From positions 1 to 64,000 of the IMG/VR virus record IMGVR_UViG_3300009182_000002: 64,000 nt of DNA, one strand, 5' to 3'. Made by a program: the position numbers and the translations under genes. This document shows, piece by piece, positions 45,849 through 54,510 of this stretch (position 1 is its first letter; each line of letters opens with the position of its first letter). The notes under the pieces are model-generated. The model was not told where the DNA came from and made no database searches. It saw only the letters and a program-made list of their open reading frames with translations. Source of the stretch: a virus.

Positions 45849-47411
45849 CTAACTGCCGATAGATCCATCGATGATTCGGTTGGTCTGCTCGGCGTCCAAA
45901 CCACCGTTGGGAAGATCCCGAAGCGAGGCGGCTCGGTCTCCAAACAACGCACTCAACACCCCACCTGCGGTCTGCCTCTCGACCGTCATACGAACGAACT
46001 CGTTGTTGCTTTCGAGGTCTTTGAGGATCTTTACCAACTTGAAAAGCCGGTCTATTTCTAGACCGGTGTTCGGATCTGGGTATCCGCCGTTCAATTCCTC
46101 GCTGAACCGGGCGAAAGCAACCCTTTGCCCTTGCATTTCAACGATTGCATTGAGGAGAGACCGCAACTGCTCCTTGGTCTTGACCTCCACCGGGAGACCG
46201 AACGCGCACATCGATTCAGGCTTGTAGGCAGGGCAGTTGCTAGCCACGAAACAGGTGTCGCACTGGCGCAGCGACTGCGAGTTCGACTGCATGACCGGCA
46301 CATCGCGGAGGACTTGATTGCCGTTCTCATCGGTGTCAACAATCGTCTTGTACTGAACCCCCAGCACCGGCAAAGTAGCGGTCTCCTCGGGAGTTCGGGG
46401 CTCCGGAAGTTTCCGCATCGAAGCATCCCTGTTGGCAACTACGGGAGGGGGGTTTTCCTGACTTTGGCTTGGTACCCCATTTCCGCTCTTAGCAACTAAG
46501 AAGTCATTGCTAGAGGCGTTGCTAACGAGGTCCGGGTCTGACTTATAAAACAATTGCTCATCAGATTCGGGGACAGACTCCGATCCGAAGTTCTTCTTTC
46601 GCGGGTCTTCCATCTGCATCTCCATCTGTTGGTATGACCAGATCGCCAGTTTGGTGACCTCGTTGGGGTCGTCGTTCACGACCTTTCCGAAGTCAATCCC
46701 GGCCTTCTCGCAGACCGACCGATACCTCATTCGCGCTTGGTCCTTCATCCGCTGTGGGTAGCGAACGAGGCGAGTGCCGTCCCAGACGATGGTCTCGCCA
46801 CGACGCATCGGAGAGAGCCATGACAGCGTGCTGACGGTCTCCCACCGGATGGCTCTCAAGTTGTCTGGCTTGGCGATGGAAAGCCCGTGAAAAGACGTCT
46901 TGTGCTGTATCGCGAGGGCGTTGGTCCTGCTTGCAAGCGTGCTGTCAGACTCCACAGTCTCGTACGGGATGGCGATGTGTGAATACCGATCCGCGAGCGC
47001 GAAGAGAGCCGGGTAGCCCAGCGAGGATTCCCAAATGGGCCAGAACAATTCCTCACCCAACTCGGCCCAGAACAACTCGCGCTGCTCCTTGAGCCACGCA
47101 ACTCCAAGCGGCGGGCAGACCAGTTCGGTCGCTCCGGAGATGCGATCCCCGTTCTGAACTACGAAGTCCTGATACTCGGCGGCGTAGTCTTCCAACTCAG
47201 CAACAGACAAGCCAGCCTTGGCAACCTGCTGCGAACCGGCATCGAGGTAGACGCGCACGTCGTCGGGGAACCGTCCGGCAAACAAGTAAGGCTTGTTCTT
47301 GGGCAGTCCGCGCTTCCACAGTCGAAAGAACGACACTCCGACATCTTTTACGCCCATGTCGGTTAGCAAGATGCGATTGCTCGGGACCTCGGCACCGTCA
47401 AAGACCAGCAT
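45849..47411 (-). CDS. TGT/DpdA-like TIM-barrel fused to a Cys-cluster helical domain
   Basis: VYLDAGS, FHGL, STLSWLSPMRRGET; C-terminal CDTC..C..CAF. Confidence 0.5.
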   Translation of the reverse strand: MLVFDGAEVPSNRILLTDMGVKDVGVSFFRLWKRGLPKNKPYLFAGRFPDDVRVYLDAGSQQVAKAGLSVAELEDYAAEYQDFVVQNGDRISGATELVCPPLGVAWLKEQRELFWAELGEELFWPIWESSLGYPALFALADRYSHIAIPYETVESDSTLASRTNALAIQHKTSFHGLSIAKPDNLRAIRWETVSTLSWLSPMRRGETIVWDGTRLVRYPQRMKDQARMRYRSVCEKAGIDFGKVVNDDPNEVTKLAIWSYQQMEMQMEDPRKKNFGSESVPESDEQLFYKSDPDLVSNASSNDFLVAKSGNGVPSQSQENPPPVVANRDASMRKLPEPRTPEETATLPVLGVQYKTIVDTDENGNQVLRDVPVMQSNSQSLRQCDTCFVASNCPAYKPESMCAFGLPVEVKTKEQLRSLLNAIVEMQGQRVAFARFSEELNGGYPDPNTGLEIDRLFKLVKILKDLESNNEFVRMTVERQTAGGVLSALFGDRAASLRDLPNGGLDAEQTNRIIDGSIGS

Positions 47412-47880
47412 CTACGTCCTCCTGCGTGGTTACTTCCAAAGCAACTTTCTGCCTGCGGTCAATCTCGGCTTGGATGTCGTCCCAAGAACGGCGACCCTTG
47501 TTGCTATCGCGTCTCGATACTGGCGCGGCGAACTGCGGGTGCGCGAACAGCAGCGAGCAGATCCCCTCGGAGACAGCCCAAGCAACGTTGCTTGGATCGC
47601 CATCAACAAAGAAATCGATGCGACCTCGGGATCGTTCAAGCGCGACTTGCCGACGGCGAAGTTCGTTCGAGGTCTCGTCCTCGGCAACTTCCTTGCCAAG
47701 GAGATTGTCATAGATGATGTTGTTGGTACGGAGCCAGTGCTCCGCCTCGGCGATGCTCTTGTTGGCAAGAAGCACGACCGGCCCGATCCGCTTGAGTCCC
47801 TCCAAGAGGGTCTTGCCCTCTCGGATTGGATTTCCGGTCGCTGCCCGAAGTACTCCGTCTATTGCTACGAGTGTGGTCAC
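47398..47880 (-). CDS. HAD-superfamily (PNKP-phosphatase-like) protein
   Basis: VAIDGVL (first Asp absent), FFVDGDP. Confidence 0.65.
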   Translation of the reverse strand: MTTLVAIDGVLRAATGNPIREGKTLLEGLKRIGPVVLLANKSIAEAEHWLRTNNIIYDNLLGKEVAEDETSNELRRRQVALERSRGRIDFFVDGDPSNVAWAVSEGICSLLFAHPQFAAPVSRRDSNKGRRSWDDIQAEIDRRQKVALEVTTQEDVDAGL

Positions 47881-47882
47881 GT

Positions 47883-48818
47883 TTACTGCCTGTAGATCGC
47901 TGCCCTGCGGGTGAGGACATCTGCGGATGGGAGGTCTACGCCGTAGGTCTCTGCCTCGTGTGACTCACGAGCGGACTCGGCGTACTGCTTGATTTGCTTG
48001 AGAGCGCCAACTGCGCCGGACTGCTTTCCTGCTTGCCAACGGTAGTTGTTGAAGTCGGAGTAGCCGCTACCAGTCATGGAAAACGCGATCTTCCTACCGT
48101 GATGAATCTCGTCGTAGAGAGACTCTGCCGCTGAGATGGCGTGCTGGAGTCGAGACTCCGCGTTCACCCGGTACGCAGGGTTGCTAGTTGCTCGTACATC
48201 CGTGAGCGCCTGCGAGTACCGCTTTACCAACTCCGTGGTCGTGTCGTAGTCACGCTGTGACTTCTGCTCCCATGCACGGCTGAACGGGGCGTGGGCAGAT
48301 TGGTCGGGCTCTACGGTCCACTCATCGGCGGTCAGGTTGTACGCGGCGTACGGGTTGATGGCCCGAATGTCGGTAGCGCCGGGGTTTACGTAGAAGGTGA
48401 CCTCGTACCCGTTCCAGTCAGCGGTGTTGGGCATCAAGTTCTCGTTGAAGTCCTCGTTCATCAACTGAGAGATGTCAGTGTCCGAGAACCCCATGAACTC
48501 CATGTTGCACTGACGGAAGATCGGGTAGTCGATGCCAACAAGCACGTCGAGATCCCCGGGAACCCTCGTTGCTGACCATTGGTAAGAGACCCCGGAGCCT
48601 GCGATCCAAGCAACGGTCCACCTCTCCGGGGCAACGTAACTGTGGGCAAGGCTGTTGATAAGCATGTGCAGAAGAGTGTTGCGGACCCATGGGCGAAGAT
48701 GGCTACCCACGAAAAGCCGGGGGTCCAGTTCGCCAGAGGGGTCCGAGAAATACGAGGTTGACGACGGACTAACACTGACCGGCCTACTGGCCTTGGAAAG
48801 TTCATCCGCGTAACTCAT
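47883..48818 (-). CDS. Pol-beta-superfamily nucleotidyltransferase
   Basis: AGSGVSYQW..GDLDVLV..YEVTFYV..YAAYNL. Confidence 0.7.
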   Translation of the reverse strand: MSYADELSKASRPVSVSPSSTSYFSDPSGELDPRLFVGSHLRPWVRNTLLHMLINSLAHSYVAPERWTVAWIAGSGVSYQWSATRVPGDLDVLVGIDYPIFRQCNMEFMGFSDTDISQLMNEDFNENLMPNTADWNGYEVTFYVNPGATDIRAINPYAAYNLTADEWTVEPDQSAHAPFSRAWEQKSQRDYDTTTELVKRYSQALTDVRATSNPAYRVNAESRLQHAISAAESLYDEIHHGRKIAFSMTGSGYSDFNNYRWQAGKQSGAVGALKQIKQYAESARESHEAETYGVDLPSADVLTRRAAIYRQ

Positions 48819-48859
48819 ACCCCCATTCTTTCTGCTGAATGGGTGTACGTCTTGCCCTA

Positions 48860-49093
48860 CTACTCGTCCTCGTCAACCATTCGGGACTTCTTGATAACCC
48901 GACGACGAGGAGAACTCACGCTGGTTGTCTTGGTTGTCTCGTTCTCGGTGATTGGAGCCGGGGGCGATACGAATCCGCATGCCGAGTGAGCGTTTGAGAA
49001 CCGGTGGACCAGCATCCAGACGCCTGAGTTGTTGTCATCGGAGTCCATCATCATCTGGCTCTCGCACATCCCGCAGTGAAGATCTACGTACAT
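48860..49093 (-). CDS. small zinc-binding protein
   Basis: CGMC..HSACG. Confidence 0.6.
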   Translation of the reverse strand: MYVDLHCGMCESQMMMDSDDNNSGVWMLVHRFSNAHSACGFVSPPAPITENETTKTTSVSSPRRRVIKKSRMVDEDE

Positions 49094-49096
49094 CTG

Positions 49097-49360
49097 CTAC
49101 TCCTCGTCCTTCTTGGTCGAGCGGCGCTTGGCAACAGCCTTGGCAACCTTTTCAGCAGGCTTCTCCTCCTGCTGATCTCGCAAATAAGCGCTGGCGTACT
49201 GAGCCGATGCCTGTGCGGCTAGGTCTGCCGATAGGTCAAGCAACGAGCGGCGAACATCGCGCAGAGTGGGCTGCCGCTCGATATCGAGGACGTCGTTGGG
49301 GATATCCATGATCAAAGACGGCGATCCCTCGCTGTCCACAACGACTACGAAAGCGGTCAT
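49097..49360 (-). CDS. hypothetical protein
   Basis: MTAFVVVVD..; start uncertain. Confidence 0.55.
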   Translation of the reverse strand: MTAFVVVVDSEGSPSLIMDIPNDVLDIERQPTLRDVRRSLLDLSADLAAQASAQYASAYLRDQQEEKPAEKVAKAVAKRRSTKKDEE

Positions 49361-49371
49361 GGGTCGGTCGC

Positions 49372-49908
49372 TCACTTGTACAGTCCCTTCTCCTCGCGAG
49401 TCTTGCGCTCGTTGAACACCCGAACAGGGCAGAAGTCGCACAAGTAGACTCGGGTGGCGTTCGACTGGGTCGGGCTATCCAGCCCCGCGTCCTTACGCTC
49501 AACCGCAGTCTGGGGCAGTAGGCGCTTCTTCTCTGCACGGAAGTCTGGGCATTGGCCTTTGGGCCGGTTGTACGCAGCCCAGCAGGCCATCGCGTCCTCA
49601 GCGAACTGCATTTTGGTCTCGTAGAAAGCAGTACCAAACACATCAAGTCCAGAAGACCCCTGATGGATCTGTTCGATGATTGCTTCGCGCATTGTTTTCG
49701 ATTGCCAGTGGATAGCGCCCACGTTGATAAGGAGCCCAACGTGCTCTGAGCCGTGGCGCTCAATTGTCATCTGGAGTAGGACATCTCCCTCGGGTGGACC
49801 CGAATAGGGAGGCAACTCATCAATGGTCTTGCAAGTACGGCAAACCATGAGCCGCACGTACGGCTCTTGCTCCGTGGACTCAGCGAAATTGCCAAGATCA
49901 ATGGTCAT
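49372..49908 (-). CDS. Cys-rich conserved phage protein
   Basis: CRTC..YLCDFCPV; own promoter at 49937-49963. Confidence 0.7.
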   Translation of the reverse strand: MTIDLGNFAESTEQEPYVRLMVCRTCKTIDELPPYSGPPEGDVLLQMTIERHGSEHVGLLINVGAIHWQSKTMREAIIEQIHQGSSGLDVFGTAFYETKMQFAEDAMACWAAYNRPKGQCPDFRAEKKRLLPQTAVERKDAGLDSPTQSNATRVYLCDFCPVRVFNERKTREEKGLYK

Positions 49909-49971
49909 CGTCAGTGCTCCTAGTGGTGTCAGTACGACGCTAACAAGGAGCCGCTGGCCTGTCTCGGTGTA

Positions 49972-50340
49972 CTAACCGCCGGGACGGTAAGAGTTGAACA
50001 TCCCGGTTTGGTTAGGCGATCCGCTACCCATGGCGAAGTTTGAAGATCGGCTTTCGTTGCCTCCGGGCTGCTGCGGAGTCTTCTTCATCATGTCCTTGCC
50101 AGCGTTGCCAAGGCCTTGCTCTCCTGCGCCAGACTCTCCGGCGGAGGCAGCCCTCGAAGCCGCGCTCGTGGCAGCGTTCTTAGCAGCGAACGACTCGGCC
50201 AAACCACCCGCTCCAGCCTCTACTGCCCCAGCAGCACCAGCGGCTTCGGCTGCGCCAGCCGCACCAGCCACTGCACCCGCGCCTTCAACAGCAGCGCCCG
50301 CAGCAAGAACCTCGGGGATTAATGCAAGTGGAGCCATCAC
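49972..50340 (-). CDS. Ala/Gly-rich protein (ejection/pilot-like composition)
   Basis: LAAGAAVEGAGAVAGAAGAAEAAG. Confidence 0.6.
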   Translation of the reverse strand: MMAPLALIPEVLAAGAAVEGAGAVAGAAGAAEAAGAAGAVEAGAGGLAESFAAKNAATSAASRAASAGESGAGEQGLGNAGKDMMKKTPQQPGGNESRSSNFAMGSGSPNQTGMFNSYRPGG

Positions 50341-50693
50341 TGTTCTCCGGGATCGTTAGCGGCACTGGGGCGTCGGGTATAGCCGGGAAGATGAGCAAAT
50401 TGATTCTTGCCAAAGTTGTCAGCGCCAGCACTCTCCCAGCGCCCAGACTTCTCCAAAGCGCCCGCTAGGAAATCGTGAGCGGCATGCGTCCGCAACGTCT
50501 TTCCGTTGATGTCGGCATCTCGGCCTGCCATGGATGCCACGGAGAGCATGTGCCCTTCTCCACGGAACTCAGGCTTCACGAAAACCGTGTGCATGTACCC
50601 CGTGGGGTCAACTCGGACAGAACCAAAGTCGTTGAAGTACATGGCACCGCCGTCGAACTGACGGCTGTGCGTGCGGTGGATGCGCTCGGCCAT
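50337..50693 (-). CDS. GNAT acetyltransferase-like protein
   Basis: HTVFVKPEFRGEGH (acetyl-CoA motif A). Confidence 0.6.
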   Translation of the reverse strand: MAERIHRTHSRQFDGGAMYFNDFGSVRVDPTGYMHTVFVKPEFRGEGHMLSVASMAGRDADINGKTLRTHAAHDFLAGALEKSGRWESAGADNFGKNQFAHLPGYTRRPSAANDPGEQ

Positions 50694-50695
50694 GA

Positions 50696-50908
50696 CTACC
50701 GACCGGGGTTGACCCGCTGAGTTGCCGGGTACTCGCTGTTGACGTAACCCCAGTTGTAGTCAGGGTGCAACGAGGCGCGGTTGGCGTAGACCTCGGAGTC
50801 GCCGCTGGCAGGCTGGACCTCAGTGTCCGGCCTGCGCTTGCGGTACTTACCGTCCGTGGAACCCTCATTGAGGGACTCGTTCTGGCTGCGGCTGATGTTA
50901 ACGGTCAC
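50696..50908 (-). CDS. small hypothetical protein
   Basis: EGSTDGKYRKRRPDTEV. Confidence 0.65.
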   Translation of the reverse strand: MTVNISRSQNESLNEGSTDGKYRKRRPDTEVQPASGDSEVYANRASLHPDYNWGYVNSEYPATQRVNPGR

Positions 50909-51255
50909 TGCTTCTTCCTCTCCTGCTGCTTGACGTATTCGCGGGTACGGATCTGGTCCATGTCGCTCGACATCAAAGGGGTGTACTTGGTGCCCGGAAG
51001 ACGACCCTCCTCATGCGGCATGGTGAACTCCATGCGATGCGGTAGGTACCCGTCACCGGCTGAAGAAAGCCCCGCAGCCAACTCATGGGCTGGGTCATGC
51101 TCCCCGTGCCAGTTTCCAGCCATGGAACCCGCGAATACGACCTTCTGGTGGCCTGTATCGGGATGCCGATAGGTCACGGCGGCTCCGGTGTAGGCGTCCC
51201 CGGGCATGATGGAGCCTCGGTTAGCGGATCGATCCTCAGGCGGGTTACCAGCCAT
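50905..51255 (-). CDS. hypothetical protein with N-terminal MAGNPPEDR tag
   Basis: TAATG coupling; shared N-terminus. Confidence 0.7.
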   Translation of the reverse strand: MAGNPPEDRSANRGSIMPGDAYTGAAVTYRHPDTGHQKVVFAGSMAGNWHGEHDPAHELAAGLSSAGDGYLPHRMEFTMPHEEGRLPGTKYTPLMSSDMDQIRTREYVKQQERKKQ

Positions 51256-51515
51256 TATGAGTTGTCCTCTTTCGGTTTAGTCGGTTCTACAAAACGAACA
51301 GTGACCGCGCCACCATCTGGCGGCGTAGCCTTCAAGCGCGGCTGACGACGACCGCCCTTCTTGACGTTGGGGCCACGGTTCGCGGTGCGCTTCTGCATCC
51401 CCTTGGCGTTAGTACCAGAGATGTCGCCCTTGTTTCCGTCCTTCTGAGCGGCTTCCTTGCCGCCGGGATGAGCGCCGCCACGGCCACCCTTGTTCCCGTT
51501 AGGTGTTAGGTCCAT
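51255..51515 (-). CDS. basic disordered protein
   Basis: 86 aa, G/K-rich. Confidence 0.55.
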   Translation of the reverse strand: MDLTPNGNKGGRGGAHPGGKEAAQKDGNKGDISGTNAKGMQKRTANRGPNVKKGGRRQPRLKATPPDGGAVTVRFVEPTKPKEDNS

Positions 51516-51518
51516 GGC

Positions 51519-51743
51519 CTACCTTCCGCTCATACGCGACTTGATGTGCTTGTGGTGCTTCTTCTTCCGACAGTTATGGCAATGCCGGTCGTTCGAGTAG
51601 ATGGCTGCAACAGGGCTAAGCAACGTCCCGCACCCACCCGCGCAAGGCTCTGACCCGTTGTAAACCGTTGTTATGCTGTCTTGGGGCTGATTGGCACTAT
51701 CACCAGCAGTGCCGGTGTCACTACCTGCGTCACTACCTTCCAT
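51519..51743 (-). CDS. zinc-finger protein
   Basis: CAGGCG..CHNC. Confidence 0.6.
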   Translation of the reverse strand: MEGSDAGSDTGTAGDSANQPQDSITTVYNGSEPCAGGCGTLLSPVAAIYSNDRHCHNCRKKKHHKHIKSRMSGR

Positions 51744-52081
51744 CACCAAGTCCCCGTTCCTTGCGAATTTCGTGAGGTACCGGAGTAGCCGCCGGGTCCA
51801 CCCGAGTAGTTCTGAGACGGGAAAGACACTGCGTCTATATCTGTAATGATGTCTGTAATGCTTAATTCTCGGGTCCTATACCCGAACCGAGGAGGGAACG
51901 GATTGACCTGCGGGAGAGGCGGTCGAACCATCTCTTGCAACTCAGCACCCGGAACTAGGGCGGCCTCTAAAGCCAGCGTTGTTAGGCGCTCTTCGTTGCT
52001 AGCAAACGGGCGGTTCTGAGACCACGGCGGCAACTGATTCCACGGCTTGGTGTGGTCGTACCTACCATCGGGCTGGCTCAT
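51743..52081 (-). CDS. hypothetical protein
   Basis: DGRYDHTKPW..PPLPQVNPFPPRFGY. Confidence 0.65.
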   Translation of the reverse strand: MSQPDGRYDHTKPWNQLPPWSQNRPFASNEERLTTLALEAALVPGAELQEMVRPPLPQVNPFPPRFGYRTRELSITDIITDIDAVSFPSQNYSGGPGGYSGTSRNSQGTGTW

Positions 52082-53370
52082 TTGCCTTTACCGCCCTTGG
52101 CTTTCTTTGGAGTGAAAAGCGCCAATTGACCCGTAACCTCAGAAGGCTTCTCCTCTGGTGGCTGCGTCGGTCGCACATAGGCGTCATGCTCGTTAGTCTC
52201 ACCCGCGTGCAAACGCTGTTGGCCCCACTGAGCGGCCTGAGTCCAGTGAACGTTCTTGAGTCCGTGCTCCTGCATAACGTTCCGACCAACATGGTCAAAG
52301 AAGGAGTGAACACCCGAAATGCTCATCATCTTGTCCTTGTCTTCCTTGGACAGATGAGGAGCAAATCCCATGGCCGTATGAGTGTCTACAACCATGTGAC
52401 CGTTGCTTGCGTTGGGGTCTAGCCACGCATGCAGATATGGACCAGTCTTGGGGCCGAACGGGTCCTTGCCCTTACGAGTGCGGACTTCGCTTAGGTCTGA
52501 TCCGTTCATCAACTGGCGTGAGACATGGACTGTCTCCTTCATCTTTTCAACGCTTCTAGCGCTGGGATGAAAAGATCCCAAGTCGTCTTCAGTGATGGCA
52601 TCAATGTCTCGGTCGCTCTTTGCGTAGTTCAACGCCCACTGAGCGGCTTCGTCGTTGTGATGCACCGTTCGGTTCTTGTTTCGCTCTTCAAAAGGCAACT
52701 GAGGACTGAGCATTGCGTGCGCTGCGGCGGCAACATGGAAGCCAACCCCAAACCGGCTCGCAGTGTCCATCACCTGCTGTCGCGGCTTCGGGCTGCCGTC
52801 CCTGTGGTACCCAGTATCAAAGTAGAAGGGGGCGGCGTAAGGCTGGTTGGTTCCAGTCTTCTCCGACATGTCCTTGCCCTTGGCAACAGCCTGAACCACC
52901 TGTGAAGAGAACGATTTGTGCGCCGAGTCGGAAGACACTCCGTACTTCTTCAATGCGCCTAGAACCCGCTGCTGTTGCTGCGGCGAGAAGTCTTCCCACT
53001 TCGCTCCGGGGCTACCAAGAGACTCGGCTGCTCCTCTGGTTTCGGCGATACGTCGGCGCGACTCGTGCTCGATAGAAGAGCCAAACGCATCCTTACCCTC
53101 AGGAGTTGCTAGGAACGACATCTGATCACCATCGTGCTCAGACCGCATCGTCTTACCCGACAGGTAATCCTCGAAGTGAGTGGCAGCCTGATTCTCGGCA
53201 GCCCTAGCAACGCTCATATCAACGTCTGGGGTTTCAAAGCGACCAGTGTCGGCACCCTTGCCAGTTTCAAAGGCGTTTCTACGTCGAGTACCTGCTGAAG
53301 CCTGTTGAGGTGAGACGCCGGACTTGCGCTTTGTCGTATCGGAAGCCTGACGCTTGGTGTATCTGGGCAT
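52078..53370 (-). CDS. HhH-GPD DNA-glycosylase-related protein (DUF7178-like)
   Basis: AAAHAMLSPQ, GPKT, VVDTH, QAAQW motifs. Confidence 0.5.
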   Translation of the reverse strand: MPRYTKRQASDTTKRKSGVSPQQASAGTRRRNAFETGKGADTGRFETPDVDMSVARAAENQAATHFEDYLSGKTMRSEHDGDQMSFLATPEGKDAFGSSIEHESRRRIAETRGAAESLGSPGAKWEDFSPQQQQRVLGALKKYGVSSDSAHKSFSSQVVQAVAKGKDMSEKTGTNQPYAAPFYFDTGYHRDGSPKPRQQVMDTASRFGVGFHVAAAAHAMLSPQLPFEERNKNRTVHHNDEAAQWALNYAKSDRDIDAITEDDLGSFHPSARSVEKMKETVHVSRQLMNGSDLSEVRTRKGKDPFGPKTGPYLHAWLDPNASNGHMVVDTHTAMGFAPHLSKEDKDKMMSISGVHSFFDHVGRNVMQEHGLKNVHWTQAAQWGQQRLHAGETNEHDAYVRPTQPPEEKPSEVTGQLALFTPKKAKGGKGK

Positions 53371-53376
53371 GGGCTG

Positions 53377-53892
53377 TTAACTCCAAGCGGGACGAAGGTG
53401 AGAGAATTGGGCAGACCGCTTGGGGTCGATTGCTATGGGGCTGTTGCTACGAAGATCGGCTTTGCCGTCGTTGACCAGATGAGGTGCCGGTGCAAGTTCC
53501 ATCAGAGGTGCGGTCTTAACACCCTTGGATTGGTTGATAAGCCCGCGCTGCGGGCTGAACATCGGACTCCAGAAATAATCCGACTTGTCGATGCGCTCGC
53601 CTTTGTGGACTCCCCGGTCATAACCGCGCTGGTTCTGGCGGTTCTTGAGAGAATCAAGGACGGTGTCGGAAACCGCGTAGGGCTTGCCCTTGTCGTCTCT
53701 GCGGCTACGTATGGGGCCTAGATAGCCATCGGGGTACTCAGCCTCAGGGGTACGGCCCATGGCCATACGAGAGGCATCCAGCACAGAACGAGGCACTGGG
53801 GCCATACCGGCGGAACCGCCACCACCAACAGCGGTATCAGTGCCGTACATGCCTCCAGCGCCCAGAGACATCATGTTCTGGGTGTTGGCCAC
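53377..53892 (-). CDS. conserved phage protein
   Basis: PEAEYPDGYLG..RGVHKGERID..YFW. Confidence 0.7.
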   Translation of the reverse strand: MANTQNMMSLGAGGMYGTDTAVGGGGSAGMAPVPRSVLDASRMAMGRTPEAEYPDGYLGPIRSRRDDKGKPYAVSDTVLDSLKNRQNQRGYDRGVHKGERIDKSDYFWSPMFSPQRGLINQSKGVKTAPLMELAPAPHLVNDGKADLRSNSPIAIDPKRSAQFSHLRPAWS

Positions 53893-53939
53893 TTACCAAT
53901 TGTCGGGGCCTCTAGGCACCCTGTACTGCTGTAGTGGTG

Positions 53940-54215
53940 CTAGTCGATGTCCGTGATGCAGGTATGCCAACCGTTGATCTCGCGGGTATGGCGCGGATAA
54001 TCCGGATTGCGCTGCCACTCGTCCTTGTTGTCCCAGAACCCGATTCGCACCGGTACTCCACAGCCCTTGGGGCAGTACTCCGTCTCTGCCGACCACATCT
54101 CCTCAAGAGGGTCTGACTCGGAGTCGGGACAGGGCCACGGCTTCTGGCACTTGAGGCACCACCACATGTTGTTGGGCAGTTCCAAGACCGCGCTCGGTCG
54201 GTGTCCGTTGTTCAC
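53940..54215 (-). CDS. Cys-rich hypothetical protein
   Basis: CLKCQKPWPC..CPKGCG. Confidence 0.55.
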   Translation of the reverse strand: MNNGHRPSAVLELPNNMWWCLKCQKPWPCPDSESDPLEEMWSAETEYCPKGCGVPVRIGFWDNKDEWQRNPDYPRHTREINGWHTCITDID

Positions 54216-54433
54216 GTCGTCTCTTTACGCCAGTACGTCTTCTCAAGCCACTGAACGTAGTCGTCCTCGTCACCCAAGGTGACGGACATAGCAGCAACCA
54301 AGCGCGGGTTGCTAAGAGTCGCCTCTCGACGTCGCTCAAGGAACTCGCTCAAAATCAGGAACACGAGCAGAGCAACCGTCGTGCCGACGCACAGTGCCCC
54401 GACGATTGCCAAAGCCCAAAAGAGGATGTTCAT
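54212..54433 (-). CDS. membrane protein
   Basis: start MNILFWALAIV; N-terminal TM helix. Confidence 0.6.
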   Translation of the reverse strand: MNILFWALAIVGALCVGTTVALLVFLILSEFLERRREATLSNPRLVAAMSVTLGDEDDYVQWLEKTYWRKETT

Positions 54434-54510
54434 CCTGAAAGCACCACCGATACGACGAAGAGGAAGAAGATGACCACGAAGACCCAGAGAAACCGTTCGA
54501 TGGTGGTCAA
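54430..54510 (-). CDS. 26 aa single-TM peptide
   Basis: MTTIERFLWVFVVIFFLFVVSVVLSG; overlaps both neighbours by 4 bp; GGGAG RBS. Confidence 0.5.
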   Translation of the reverse strand: MTTIERFLWVFVVIFFLFVVSVVLSG

